This document shows, in pieces, positions 28,042 to 37,356 of a DNA stretch of 64,000 nt. Made by a program: the position numbers and the translations under genes. Positions within the stretch are counted from its first letter, which is position 1. Each line of letters starts with the position of its first letter. The notes beneath the pieces are model-generated. The model had not been told where the DNA came from. It saw only the letters and a list, made by a program, of their open reading frames with translations, and ran no database searches. The stretch comes from Patescibacteria group bacterium (lineage in GTDB: Bacteria > Patescibacteriota > Patescibacteriia > Buchananbacterales > UBA6539), in assembly GCA_041649675.1 (NCBI GenBank), contig JBAZMQ010000001.1:253-64252 (forward strand). The letters run 5' to 3'.

Positions 28042-28908
28042 ATGTTTGAAAGACATCAAAAACAATTTAGAGCCGAGCCGCAGGGAGCCGAAACTGACAG
28101 TCTTAAGGATATTGAGGAAATTGAAGAAGGTGAAACTTCTGAAACTGAAGATATTAGCGTGCCAAAATCAGAAGCTCAAGAACCGCGCCAAGAATCAGTT
28201 GAAACCGTAGCTGAGCTTTTGGTTTCTTGGGCTAAAGATTACGAAGAGGTTCAGGATGAAGGAGCTAAAAGAGAGTTGGCTTACAAAATTTTAAAAATGG
28301 AAATGGCTTTAGGCACTGCCAAACTTAGTGCTGATAAAGTAAAAATTAGGAAAGCTGAGAATGGAACATTGGGACTTTTTGATCCCGAAAGTGGGGAAAT
28401 TGCCATTACTGAAGAAGGTCTTGAATTGCCGCCCCAGCATTTTGCCGATGTTTTTGTTCATGAGTCAGCCCATGCCGGCAAGCTAACCGGACATTCAATT
28501 ATGGATGAAGGGATGGCTGAGTGGTTTACCATTCATCGTTTGCCAAATGCCATGCAAGGAATTTATGTTCAAGAGCGTCAAAGGGCTATAAATACTTTTG
28601 GCGCCGACGCCATGGCTAAGGCAGCTGAAAAATATGATTACCACAGACCCACCAGGTTAGCTGAATTGTATTTGGAAACTGAGTTGGAGGATAGATGGAA
28701 CTTGGGTTTAAAAAGGAAAGTAAGCGCCAAATCAGGCAAAGAAGATAAAACTTTGGCCAAAGCCGCGGCTGGTGAATTAAAATTGGTTGATAATCTTTTT
28801 AAAAAAGGAGTGCCGGACTTATGGCATTCTCTTAAAGAAGTTGATTCTGATTTTTTTCAGGCCGTTGGTTTAAAAATATTAAAGCGTTTAAATAAGCAGG
28901 AAGCTTAA
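28042..28908 (+). CDS. Hypothetical zincin-like protein
   Basis: Acidic N-terminus, VHESAH plus downstream DEGMAE third-ligand motif. Confidence 0.6.
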   Translation: MFERHQKQFRAEPQGAETDSLKDIEEIEEGETSETEDISVPKSEAQEPRQESVETVAELLVSWAKDYEEVQDEGAKRELAYKILKMEMALGTAKLSADKVKIRKAENGTLGLFDPESGEIAITEEGLELPPQHFADVFVHESAHAGKLTGHSIMDEGMAEWFTIHRLPNAMQGIYVQERQRAINTFGADAMAKAAEKYDYHRPTRLAELYLETELEDRWNLGLKRKVSAKSGKEDKTLAKAAAGELKLVDNLFKKGVPDLWHSLKEVDSDFFQAVGLKILKRLNKQEA

Positions 28909-28923
28909 TATACATCTTCAAGT

Positions 28924-29595
28924 ATGGAGACAAAAGACAAAATCCGTACTTTGGCAAAAAAAATTTGGGATTACCATTTATTAAATCAGAAATTGGAAAA
29001 AGCTGATTGTCTTTTGGTTTTAGGCAGCAATGATTTGAGGGTGGCTCAGAGGGCAGCCCAATTATTTTTAGACGGTTTTGCGCCTTACATTGTTTTTTCC
29101 GGCACCGGTTTTGGCCATAAAGATGATTTACTTTCAACCAGCTGGTCTGAATGGGGCAAAGCCGAAGCCGAAGTTTTTGCTGATGCGGCCATAGAGTTAG
29201 GCGTACCCAAGGATAAAATTATTATTGAGAAAGAATCGCAAAACACCGGTCAAAACATTTTGTTTACCAAAAAATTGTTAAATAGTCTTGACCTAAATCC
29301 AAAAAAAATAATTTTGGTCCAAAAATCATATATGGAACGCCGGGCTTTTGCCACGATTAAAAAGTTTTGGCCAGAGATTGAAGTAATTGTTACTTCACCG
29401 CCAATTTCTTTTGACAATTACCCAAATGATCAAATTTCTGAAGAAAAATTAATTAATCTTTTAGTTGGGGATTTACAGCGGATTAAATTGTATCCGCAAA
29501 AAGGTTTTCAAATTCCGCAAGAAATTCCCGCTGATGTTTGGCAGGCCTATGAGGATTTGGTAGCGGCTGGTTATAATCAACATTTAGTAAATTAA
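28924..29595 (+). CDS. YdcF/DUF218 family protein
   Basis: AD.LLVLGS.D, EAEVFA, E..S.NTGQN, VQK.YMERR. Confidence 0.9.
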   Translation: METKDKIRTLAKKIWDYHLLNQKLEKADCLLVLGSNDLRVAQRAAQLFLDGFAPYIVFSGTGFGHKDDLLSTSWSEWGKAEAEVFADAAIELGVPKDKIIIEKESQNTGQNILFTKKLLNSLDLNPKKIILVQKSYMERRAFATIKKFWPEIEVIVTSPPISFDNYPNDQISEEKLINLLVGDLQRIKLYPQKGFQIPQEIPADVWQAYEDLVAAGYNQHLVN

Positions 29596-29600
29596 AGAAG

Positions 29601-30044
29601 TTCCCTTCTCCCATTTGGGAGAAGGGGAAGGGGATGAGGTAGCGGACATGAATACCAACATTTCTAGAATATTACGTAAAAACCAAACTCCTCACGAAAG
29701 AAAACTTTGGGGTTGTCTTAGAAATCGTGAATTGCAGAATTTAAAATTCAGGCGTCAATATAAAATTGGCAAATATGTTGTTGATTTTTACTGTCCAACC
29801 AAAAAATTAGTAATTGAGCTTGATGGCGGTTGGCACAACGAAGAAAAGAATATAATTAAGGACGAGGAAAGAAGCAGATACCTCGAGAGTCAAGGTCATA
29901 GAGTCTTGAGGCTTTGGAATAATGATATTGATAATAATTTAGAAGGTGTGATTGAAGAAATTATAAAATTTTGTGGTTTAAATTAGTTTAAGTAATTATT
30001 GAGTTTGTAACCTCACCCCAACCCTCTCCGTGATCGGAGAGGGA
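29601..30044 (+). mobile_element. DUF559 gene flanked by inverted boxC-like palindromic ends
   Basis: Left 29601-29640 CCCTTCTCCC-ATTT-GGGAGAAGGG..GATGAGGT. Right 30010-30044 ACCTCACCCCAACCCTCTCCG-TGAT-CGGAGAGGGA. Confidence 0.65.
29648..29986 (+). CDS. DUF559 (Vsr-like) endonuclease domain protein
   Basis: LRKNQTP.E..LW..LR, FRRQ..IG.YVVDFYC, VIELDG..H, D.ER..YL...G..VLR.WN. Confidence 0.92.
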   Translation: MNTNISRILRKNQTPHERKLWGCLRNRELQNLKFRRQYKIGKYVVDFYCPTKKLVIELDGGWHNEEKNIIKDEERSRYLESQGHRVLRLWNNDIDNNLEGVIEEIIKFCGLN

Positions 30045-30075
30045 GGGCTATGGAAAAATTAAATATAAAAAAATT

Positions 30076-30348
30076 ATGGAAAATTTAGAACAAAGAATTC
30101 AAAAAATTGAAGCAAGAAATTTAAGCGTTCAAAAAGATAAGGCTTGGGAAACCAGCTGGACCAGGCGAATATTACTGGCAATATTTTCTTATTTGGCAAT
30201 CGGGGTTTATCTTTGGGCTATTAAAATTCCGCATGCCTGGTTAAATGCCATTGTGCCGGCCGTGGCCTTTATGATTCAAACTTTGACTTTGCCGTTTTTT
30301 AAAAAACTTTGGTTAAATTTTAAGGGTAATGGACAACAAAAATTTTGA
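30076..30348 (+). CDS. Small membrane protein
   Basis: IEARN..V..DKAWETSWTRR plus two TM segments. Confidence 0.75.
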   Translation: MENLEQRIQKIEARNLSVQKDKAWETSWTRRILLAIFSYLAIGVYLWAIKIPHAWLNAIVPAVAFMIQTLTLPFFKKLWLNFKGNGQQKF

Positions 30349-30553
30349 TTGTATGGAACCGATTCTATTTAAAAAATTTGATTCAATTTCGGAAGCGGAG
30401 TTGGCAAAAAATATTTTAATCAAAAAAGGGATAAAGAGTTTTATTGAGAAAGGCGGTTTACAGTTTCCCGGCGACTCGGGCGATATGTACGGAGCGGATT
30501 TATATGTTTTAACCAAAGATTTAAAACAAGCCGAGGAAATTTTAAATTTATAA
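30329..30553 (+). CDS. DUF2007-like small protein
   Basis: EAELAKNIL...GI.SFI ... LYV...D...AEEIL. Confidence 0.7.
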   Translation: MDNKNFDCMEPILFKKFDSISEAELAKNILIKKGIKSFIEKGGLQFPGDSGDMYGADLYVLTKDLKQAEEILNL

Positions 30554-30572
30554 AAAAAGACTCCTTTTGATT

Positions 30573-31052
30573 TTAGGAGTCTGGTGTTTGTGGAGAAAAG
30601 AGAGCGTCAATTGCTGTTCCTACGGGGCTGTTGCTGGTCAGTTGCTTGTACCAGGTACCAAGCTCTTCTGTGGCTTCAGCGAATTGGTCAATAATGCCGA
30701 GCGGGAAATCCTCACTTAATTTAATCAGGCCGTTAAGACTGAATTTGATAAGTTGGAGATAGATAAGCATCTCCTCAGGGTTGCCTTTCTGAACCCAGAG
30801 TTTATCTGGATCAATGTCTTTAATCGGTATTATACCTTGATGAAAGATATTGACTATTTGCCTGATTCCTTCGGTGACCTGATCGTATTCCGGAAGACGG
30901 CTGGCAAATTTTTCCAGGTTAGCAAGGCCTGCTTCCATTTTTTGAATGACCGAACTGGGAATACCCAGGTTTTGCAGCCTTATAATCATCCAAAAGATTG
31001 TTTGGGCCGCCATTACTACTGATGAGGTTGATGTCTTTTTTGAATCAATCAT
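30573..31052 (-). CDS. Hypothetical helical protein (solo unit)
   Basis: AAGGAG SD, TTGACA at 31147-31142, terminator AGACTCCT/AGGAGTCT at 30558-30582. Confidence 0.7.
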   Translation of the reverse strand: MIDSKKTSTSSVVMAAQTIFWMIIRLQNLGIPSSVIQKMEAGLANLEKFASRLPEYDQVTEGIRQIVNIFHQGIIPIKDIDPDKLWVQKGNPEEMLIYLQLIKFSLNGLIKLSEDFPLGIIDQFAEATEELGTWYKQLTSNSPVGTAIDALFSPQTPDS

Positions 31053-31149
31053 TTCTATACTCCTTGTAACGAGTTTTTGTGTCCACTGAAGTGAAATAGG
31101 GTGCTACTTACTATAGGGAAATTACTATTTAAAAATAATTTTGTCAAAT

Positions 31150-32061
31150 ATGCCTGAGCTACCTGAAGTTGAAACTTTACGCCGAGAGTTAAATTCAATA
31201 ATCAAAGGTAAGGTAATCAAATCTGCGGTTTGCAATTGGCCAAAGATGGTTAAGCCATTGACGGTTTTGGAATTTCAAAATCAAATTAAGAATAAAAAAA
31301 TTACAGACATAAAAAGAAAAGCTAAAGTTTTAATTTTAGATCTTGCCGGTCCGTTGTCGCTTTTGATCCATCTTAAGCTAACTGGACAGTTGATTTACAG
31401 AGATAAGAAAACAGAGAACAGAAATCAGAGGCTTGTTGTTGGGGGGCATCCGCTGCCGCTTCGTTCCAGCGAGACAAATCCTCAAAAAGGTGGTAGCAAT
31501 GGTTTACCGAATAAATTTACTCATTTGACTTTGAATTTTAGCGATGGTTCAAAACTATTTTTTAATGATTTGCGGAAATTCGGTTGGGCAAAGCTAGTTG
31601 ATGATTCAGGTTTGGCTGAAGTGATTGAAAAACATGGACCCGAACCTTTAACTAAGGAGTTTACTTTCAAATATTTTTTAGCGATATTAAAAAAGTATCC
31701 GAACCGAAAAATTAAACAGATTCTATTGGATCAAAATTTAATTTCCGGTTTGGGCAATATTTATGCTGATGAAAGTTGTTTTTGGGCTAAAGTCAGGCCA
31801 ACCAGAGTTAATAAGACTTTAAAACCCGAAGAGATCAAAAAATTATTTTATTGTATTCCAAAGATTTTAAAGTTTGCCATTGGCAAAAAGGGGACATCGG
31901 CTAATACTTATGTTCGTTTGTCTGGCCAGCCTGGCGGCATGGAGCCGTATTTAAAAGTTTACGGCAGAAAAGGGGAGAAATGCCAGCGTTGCGGCGGGGT
32001 AGTGGAAAAAATAAAATTAAACGGCCGCGGGACGCATTTTTGTCCAAAGTGTCAGAAATAA
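31150..32061 (+). CDS. mutM: Formamidopyrimidine-DNA glycosylase Fpg
   Basis: MPELPEVET, HLKLTG, DLRKFG, GLGNIYADE, zinc finger CQRC...RGTHFCPKCQ. Confidence 0.97.
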   Translation: MPELPEVETLRRELNSIIKGKVIKSAVCNWPKMVKPLTVLEFQNQIKNKKITDIKRKAKVLILDLAGPLSLLIHLKLTGQLIYRDKKTENRNQRLVVGGHPLPLRSSETNPQKGGSNGLPNKFTHLTLNFSDGSKLFFNDLRKFGWAKLVDDSGLAEVIEKHGPEPLTKEFTFKYFLAILKKYPNRKIKQILLDQNLISGLGNIYADESCFWAKVRPTRVNKTLKPEEIKKLFYCIPKILKFAIGKKGTSANTYVRLSGQPGGMEPYLKVYGRKGEKCQRCGGVVEKIKLNGRGTHFCPKCQK

Positions 32062-32104
32062 AAAAATAACCCTGTGATTCCGTAAGGGAAAAACAGAGTT
32101 AGGA

Positions 32105-32971
32105 TTAATGAGCGGTTTGGATTTTGGCAACGAGCGCCATCAGCCTCCGGCCGTATTCAACATAGCTTTTGTAGAGCTCTTCTTCGCTATCGGCTTTTTG
32201 TCCGGTGTGGACTACGGCCGCCAGGTGCGGCTCAATGGAAAAACCGCCATCATAGCCTTTAGTCAGCAAGTCTTGGATGATTTCCTCGACATAGCCATCA
32301 CCATCACCAGGGTAGGTGTAAATTTCTGGTTTATCAGGGTCCAATATTTTGGCGTCTTTGATATGGACGTAGCCAATATCTTTTCTGACGGCCTGATACC
32401 ACTTCCAGGAGTTTTTGCCGTGGGCGGGTGCATTACCGGTGTCAAAAAGAACCTTAAATGCGGAATAGGCGGCCATGGCTTCAAGCAGGGCGACATTGTT
32501 TTCTACCGATATACCGCCATAGCCGCTGCAGTTTTCGTGAGCAAGCGTTATCCTAAGATCTCCAGCGATATTGGCTAATTCGCGCATGCGGCGAATGGCT
32601 TCACGGCGCCAGTCGGCTTCAGAAACGGGATTTTTGGGATCGTTGGGCCAGCTCATGACCCGAATTCGTCGCTCTGGCATTTCCAGGATATCCATGCAAG
32701 CCGCTGCGGCATACAGATCAATGATATCCAGGGAAAAATCTCCCGTAATCGGCCGCGACCAGTCGCCGATTTTGCTGGCCAGATTGGAAACAGTTATACC
32801 GGCTTGTTTGAGTTGCCTGGCAATTTTTATCACCTTTGATAACGGCAGGTCAAGGATTGGTATGCCATCAACCAATCTTAATTCCAAATACTCCCAGCCC
32901 AATTCTTCATGGGCTTTGATTTGGTCGTCAATAGCCTGCCCGGCTTCATCAGATATTCCTGAGAAAAACAC
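32105..32971 (-). CDS. Sugar phosphate isomerase/epimerase, xylose-isomerase-like TIM barrel (solo unit)
   Basis: SGISDEA, LAHENC, FDTGN, VHIKDA, SIEPH. GGAGG SD with GTG start. Confidence 0.88.
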   Translation of the reverse strand: MFFSGISDEAGQAIDDQIKAHEELGWEYLELRLVDGIPILDLPLSKVIKIARQLKQAGITVSNLASKIGDWSRPITGDFSLDIIDLYAAAACMDILEMPERRIRVMSWPNDPKNPVSEADWRREAIRRMRELANIAGDLRITLAHENCSGYGGISVENNVALLEAMAAYSAFKVLFDTGNAPAHGKNSWKWYQAVRKDIGYVHIKDAKILDPDKPEIYTYPGDGDGYVEEIIQDLLTKGYDGGFSIEPHLAAVVHTGQKADSEEELYKSYVEYGRRLMALVAKIQTAH

Positions 32972-33197
32972 AGTTTATTCCTCCTTCTTTTACCCTGAGT
33001 CCCAGGGTTGTTTTTGGCTGACGGAAATTAGCATAGCAAGACAATGCAATGCTTTATGTTTTTTAGCTTTTTTGGGATTAATTGTCAAGCCTTAAATTTA
33101 TAAATTAAGCAGATTTAATAATAGGTTAATGTTTATCAAACACGATACGACCCCAGAGTGAGATTTAACTCCGGGGTCGTTAATTGCAATGAACTTT

Positions 33198-33656
33198 TTA
33201 CAGATCCTGCAGTTGGATTTCTAGGTCGTTGACCTTTAACAGAGTCACATACTTTGCAACCATTTTGCCGATGTCCGGCTGGCGTTTCAGATATTTTTTA
33301 ATCTGACTTGTTACCAGCCGGTCGTTGCTCCACAAGGCCGCAGCTACCGCAATGGCGGCATTAGGCTGCCGCTCAGGTGGTAAACTGTTTATCCAGGTAC
33401 CGAGACTGGTTAAAACATCACCTTGACTGGCGCTGGTCGGAAAGTAAATCCGGTAGTTGGTTTTTAGCCTGGCGTATTCTACTTCAGTGGTTTCTAAAAT
33501 TACGCCGAGCTGATAGAGGTAACCTATTACCTCTTTGGCGGTGCCATGTTTATTCAACCGCCGTAGCTGATGGCTTAAGTGTATTGGCCAGATCAATACA
33601 ATACAGGCAAATACTCCGCAGCCTAATACTACCAAAAACACATCCAACTTACTCAT
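33198..33656 (-). CDS. Hypothetical protein with N-terminal TM (solo unit)
   Basis: AAAGGA SD before MSKLDV. TTGACA(33802)-17-TATATT promoter. Hairpin ACGACCCC/GGGGTCGT downstream. Confidence 0.65.
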   Translation of the reverse strand: MSKLDVFLVVLGCGVFACIVLIWPIHLSHQLRRLNKHGTAKEVIGYLYQLGVILETTEVEYARLKTNYRIYFPTSASQGDVLTSLGTWINSLPPERQPNAAIAVAAALWSNDRLVTSQIKKYLKRQPDIGKMVAKYVTLLKVNDLEIQLQDL

Positions 33657-33911
33657 ACTGTTTCCTTTTTTCTTGCCGCTCATATTTGAGCGTGCAGTTG
33701 TGCTTAAACACTTTTTTAGACTAGACGGACCAGTCCCGGGAAGACGGACCTCCCGATGGTTAAGCTTCGTTGTAATATATCATATAATTTGTTATTTGTC
33801 AATGTTATTTAATTTTTTTATTTAAATTGAGCTATTTTTGAGTACAAAAAATCTCGTTTTTCACGAGAAAATTAAAATAAACTAAAGATGACGTTTCTTA
33901 AACAAAAAAAA

Positions 33912-34340
33912 CTATAATAAGCTCAAAAACCAGGTCAAAACTATTCCCCAGAGAGCGCCGGCCGAAACTTCTAAAACACTGTGGCCCATTTGTTCACGAA
34001 AAAGCGGCAAGTCTTTTTTTTCCGTTTCGGGTAATCGTTTAATAAACTTATTGAAGGTTTTGGCTTGCTGGCCTAAGATATTTCTGAAGCCAGCTGCATC
34101 GCGCATGGTTAATAGAGTAAAAACCAAAGCTAAGGCAAAAATTGGTGAATCCAAACCTTGCCTGATTGCGATTAAGGTTGTGATTGAAACAGCAAAAGCA
34201 GTATGGGAAGAGGGCATGCCGCCATAACTAATAAACATGCTCTTGAGATCAAAATTGCCTTTAATGCCATCGGTTAGCAGTTTTAAAGTTTGGCTGGTAA
34301 TTAATGCAATAATTGGTATAATAATATAAGACAGATCCAT
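33912..34340 (-). CDS. Divergent PAP2 family protein (DUF212)
   Basis: Q.LK, GGMPSSH, DA.G.R..G.QA, E.MGH...EV.AG. Confidence 0.92.
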   Translation of the reverse strand: MDLSYIIIPIIALITSQTLKLLTDGIKGNFDLKSMFISYGGMPSSHTAFAVSITTLIAIRQGLDSPIFALALVFTLLTMRDAAGFRNILGQQAKTFNKFIKRLPETEKKDLPLFREQMGHSVLEVSAGALWGIVLTWFLSLL

Positions 34341-34358
34341 GGTTTTGGAATTATGAAT

Positions 34359-34396
34359 CCCGCCTACGCTCGCTTCAGCGAGCTTCGGCGGGCAAG
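34359..34396. repeat. REP-like palindrome CCCGCC...GGCGGG-CAAG inside a TATGAAT heptamer run
   Basis: cccgcctacgctcgcttcagcgagcttcggcgggcaag flanked on both sides by tatgaat. Confidence 0.75.
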
Positions 34397-34431
34397 TATG
34401 AATTAGAATATATAATTTTAATTTTTTGTTT

Positions 34432-35250
34432 ATGGATATACTTTATTCAACTATTGCTGGTATAATCCAAGGTTTAACGGAATTTTTACCGGTTTCCAGC
34501 TCCGGTCATTTGGTTTTTTTTCACTATTTTTTTGGTTTTGATTTTATCAATGATTTGTCGTTTGATGCGGTTTTGCATTTGGGTACTCTGGCGGCACTAG
34601 GGTTATTTTTTTTCTCCGATATTTTCAAATACCTGGCTGCGTTTTTTCAAAGTTTTATCCGTTGGAATATTAAATCGGATGTTAATCAGCGTTTAGCTTG
34701 GTATCTTTTTTTGGCTACCATTCCGGCGTTATTGGTTGGTTATTTTTTTGAAAGTCAGATTGAAACAGTTTTTCGCAGCCCGGCTTTAGTGGCTTGGGTT
34801 TTTATAATTTTTGGTGTGATTCTTTATTTGGCGGATAAGTATTTGCTGACTAACCGGTCAATGAATCAATTAACTTTAAGTAATTCGTTAATCATTGGTC
34901 TGGCCCAAGCCCTGGCTTTGATTCCGGGCGTTTCGCGGTCCGGTATTACCATTGTAGCAGGTTTGACCCAAAATTTAAAACGGGAACAGGCCGCCCGTTT
35001 TTCTTTTTTGCTGGCCATACCGGCAGTTTTTGCCGCCGGCGCCAAAAAAATGCTTGATTTATATCAGCTGCAGGCTTTTTCTTATTCTAATTCTTTAATT
35101 TTGTTGGTTGGATTTTTAGCTTCAGCTGTAGTCGGTTATTTGTGTATTAAATATTTTCTTAAATTTTTAGAAAATCATTCTTTGAAGGTTTTTGCTTATT
35201 ATCGCATTGTCGTGGGAGTTATAGTCTTAGTAGTTTTATTTTTTAGTTAA
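34432..35250 (+). CDS. uppP: Undecaprenyl-diphosphate phosphatase
   Basis: QGLTEFLPVSSSGH, LHLGT, PGVSRSG.T, FSFLL. Confidence 0.96.
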   Translation: MDILYSTIAGIIQGLTEFLPVSSSGHLVFFHYFFGFDFINDLSFDAVLHLGTLAALGLFFFSDIFKYLAAFFQSFIRWNIKSDVNQRLAWYLFLATIPALLVGYFFESQIETVFRSPALVAWVFIIFGVILYLADKYLLTNRSMNQLTLSNSLIIGLAQALALIPGVSRSGITIVAGLTQNLKREQAARFSFLLAIPAVFAAGAKKMLDLYQLQAFSYSNSLILLVGFLASAVVGYLCIKYFLKFLENHSLKVFAYYRIVVGVIVLVVLFFS

Positions 35251-35253
35251 AAT

Positions 35254-35865
35254 ATGCAAGAATTAATCACTGAATTAATTAAGCAAAGCTATCTTAAGAC
35301 GCCGTATATCATTGACGCTTTTTACAAAATAAAACGGCGGGATTTTTTGCCAGCGGATTTAGTTAGCCAAGAATCGTTAAATGCGCCCTTGCCAATTGGT
35401 CATGGCCAAACAATATCGCAGCCGTTGACCGTGGCTTTTATGTTTGAATTGCTTAAACCCGAACTTGGCCAAAAAATTGTTGATATCGGATCGGGCTCTG
35501 GCTGGACCACGGCGCTGCTAGCCGAAATTGTTGGTCCTGGCGGTACGGTTTATGCGGTTGAGCGGGTGCCGGAGTTAGAAAAATTTGGCCAGAAAAATGT
35601 TTCTAAATATAATTTTTCTAATGTTGAATTTTTTTGTCAGGACGGCGCCAAAGGGTTGCCAGAAAAAGCACCTTTTGATAGGATTATTGTTGCGGCGGCG
35701 GCCTATGAAGTGCCAAAAGCCCTAAAGGATCAGCTAAAAATTGGCGGGCGGCTGGTAATACCGGTTGCCGACCAAAGTTTAAGGCTAATTGAAAAAACCG
35801 GCAAAAATGAATACCAGGAAAGAACTTATCCGGGGTTTACTTTTGTGCCGTTAATTGAAGATTAA
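35254..35865 (+). CDS. pcm: Protein-L-isoaspartate O-methyltransferase
   Basis: PLPIGHGQTISQP, DIGSGSGW, APFDRIIV.AA, QLK.GGRLVIPV, F.FVPL. Confidence 0.95.
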   Translation: MQELITELIKQSYLKTPYIIDAFYKIKRRDFLPADLVSQESLNAPLPIGHGQTISQPLTVAFMFELLKPELGQKIVDIGSGSGWTTALLAEIVGPGGTVYAVERVPELEKFGQKNVSKYNFSNVEFFCQDGAKGLPEKAPFDRIIVAAAAYEVPKALKDQLKIGGRLVIPVADQSLRLIEKTGKNEYQERTYPGFTFVPLIED

Positions 35866-35868
35866 TTT

Positions 35869-36624
35869 ATGAGTGATCATCTAGCTGCTGAAATTGCCGA
35901 AACATCTAACGGAGTTGAAATAAGTCCTTATCTTTGGCGTATTGTTACGTCAGGACAAGTTTACGAAAAATTAAATAAACTTTTGGATAATGGCGAAACA
36001 GCGGCCGCCAATGGAGAATTTGAGACCTCTTACAAACATTCTATTGATGTTGCTAAGTTGGCTGAAAGTTATGCTGACAGTACAGAATTACTTGAGCCAG
36101 AAAAAGAAATTTTTATCACGGCTGCTTTGTTGCATGATATTGGTAAAGATGAAGTGCCGTTAGAAATTTTAACTAAAGACAAACCCTTGTCGCCAGAGGA
36201 GAGGCAACAAATTCAGACTCACGCGGTTTCAAGCTGGCAAGACTGCAAAGAGATTGCTGACTCTTTTGCTGACGATGACGAAAAAAGAAAAATGTTTTTA
36301 ATGATTTCTGAGATTGTTTTAAGACATCACCGGCCAGGTAGTGGAGAATCTTATCCTGATGATGAATTTTTAAAGCATCATTTGGACAATGATCCCAAAG
36401 CAGCGGTTTTTCTAGAAGCTGGTAATCGGCCGGCCACAATTGAAGAAATGTCAAATCAACTTTCGGTAATTGATATCTTTGAGTCTTTAAGATCGCATCG
36501 GGCGTATCGTGAGCCAGCCGAGGCAGGAGAGGTAGGCAAAATATTGCAGGCCAAATTTCCACTAGTTAATTATCCTAAGGAGCAAAAGTTAATTAATTTT
36601 TTAATTTCTAAATTACCAAAATAA
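35869..36624 (+). CDS. HD-GYP-like phosphohydrolase
   Basis: HS..VA, LLHDIGK, HH.....SYP, D.FE.L...RAYR. Confidence 0.8.
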   Translation: MSDHLAAEIAETSNGVEISPYLWRIVTSGQVYEKLNKLLDNGETAAANGEFETSYKHSIDVAKLAESYADSTELLEPEKEIFITAALLHDIGKDEVPLEILTKDKPLSPEERQQIQTHAVSSWQDCKEIADSFADDDEKRKMFLMISEIVLRHHRPGSGESYPDDEFLKHHLDNDPKAAVFLEAGNRPATIEEMSNQLSVIDIFESLRSHRAYREPAEAGEVGKILQAKFPLVNYPKEQKLINFLISKLPK

Positions 36625-36626
36625 AA

Positions 36627-37346
36627 ATGCAAGCAATAATTTTAGCTGGCGGCGAAGGTACTCGTCTTCGGCCGTTAACCTATGAAATTCCTAAAGCGTT
36701 GATTCCACTTCAGGGCAGGACTCTAACCGAGCAGGTTTTTGATATTTACAAAGAAGTTGGCGTAAAAGATATTATTCTTTCGGTTAGCTATTTGGCTGAC
36801 AAAATGATTGCTTATTTTGGTAATGGCAGCAAATTTGGGTTTGCAATCCAATATTTGCGCGAAGATAAGCCGCGCGGTACAGCCGGACCTTTATTGATGT
36901 TAAAAGAACAAAGTAAGCCGCTAGACCAAGATTTTTTTATGTGTAATGGTGATAATTTGTTCTCTTTGGATTTGAATAAAATGGTTGAATTTCATAGAAA
37001 TAATAAGGCAGTGGCAACCATTGCTTTAGTTAAGGCGCCGGACCCGACTCAGGTTGGAGTAGTTAAAATGCAAGGGGATTTAATTTTGGATTTCGTAGAA
37101 AAGCCCAGTCGGCAGCAGGCGCCATCAGATTATGCTAATTCCGGTTATTACGTTTTTTCACCAAAAATTTTTGATTATTTGCCTCAAAAAGATTTTGTGA
37201 TGTTGGAAAAAGATGTTTTTCCGGTTTTAGCCAAAGCCGGAAAACTGTTTGGTTTTAAAGCTGAGGGCCAGTGGTTTGATACGGGCACACCCCAGCGTTA
37301 TGATCAGGTTCAAAAAGAATGGCGAGGAGTGAACAAAACCATTTAA
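36627..37346 (+). CDS. Nucleotidyltransferase (NDP-sugar pyrophosphorylase family)
   Basis: AIILAGGEGTRLRPLT..PK, GTAG, NGD, FVEKP, WFDTGTP. Confidence 0.92.
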   Translation: MQAIILAGGEGTRLRPLTYEIPKALIPLQGRTLTEQVFDIYKEVGVKDIILSVSYLADKMIAYFGNGSKFGFAIQYLREDKPRGTAGPLLMLKEQSKPLDQDFFMCNGDNLFSLDLNKMVEFHRNNKAVATIALVKAPDPTQVGVVKMQGDLILDFVEKPSRQQAPSDYANSGYYVFSPKIFDYLPQKDFVMLEKDVFPVLAKAGKLFGFKAEGQWFDTGTPQRYDQVQKEWRGVNKTI

Positions 37347-37356
37347 TAATTAACTT

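Noticed and set aside
29615-29647. N-terminal extension MGEGEGDEVAD of DUF559
   Set aside because: Translation of the flanking palindromic repeat; ATG 29648 is the plausible start
32108-33095. Long + strand ORFs opposite the isomerase
   Set aside because: Shadow frames of a GC-rich gene
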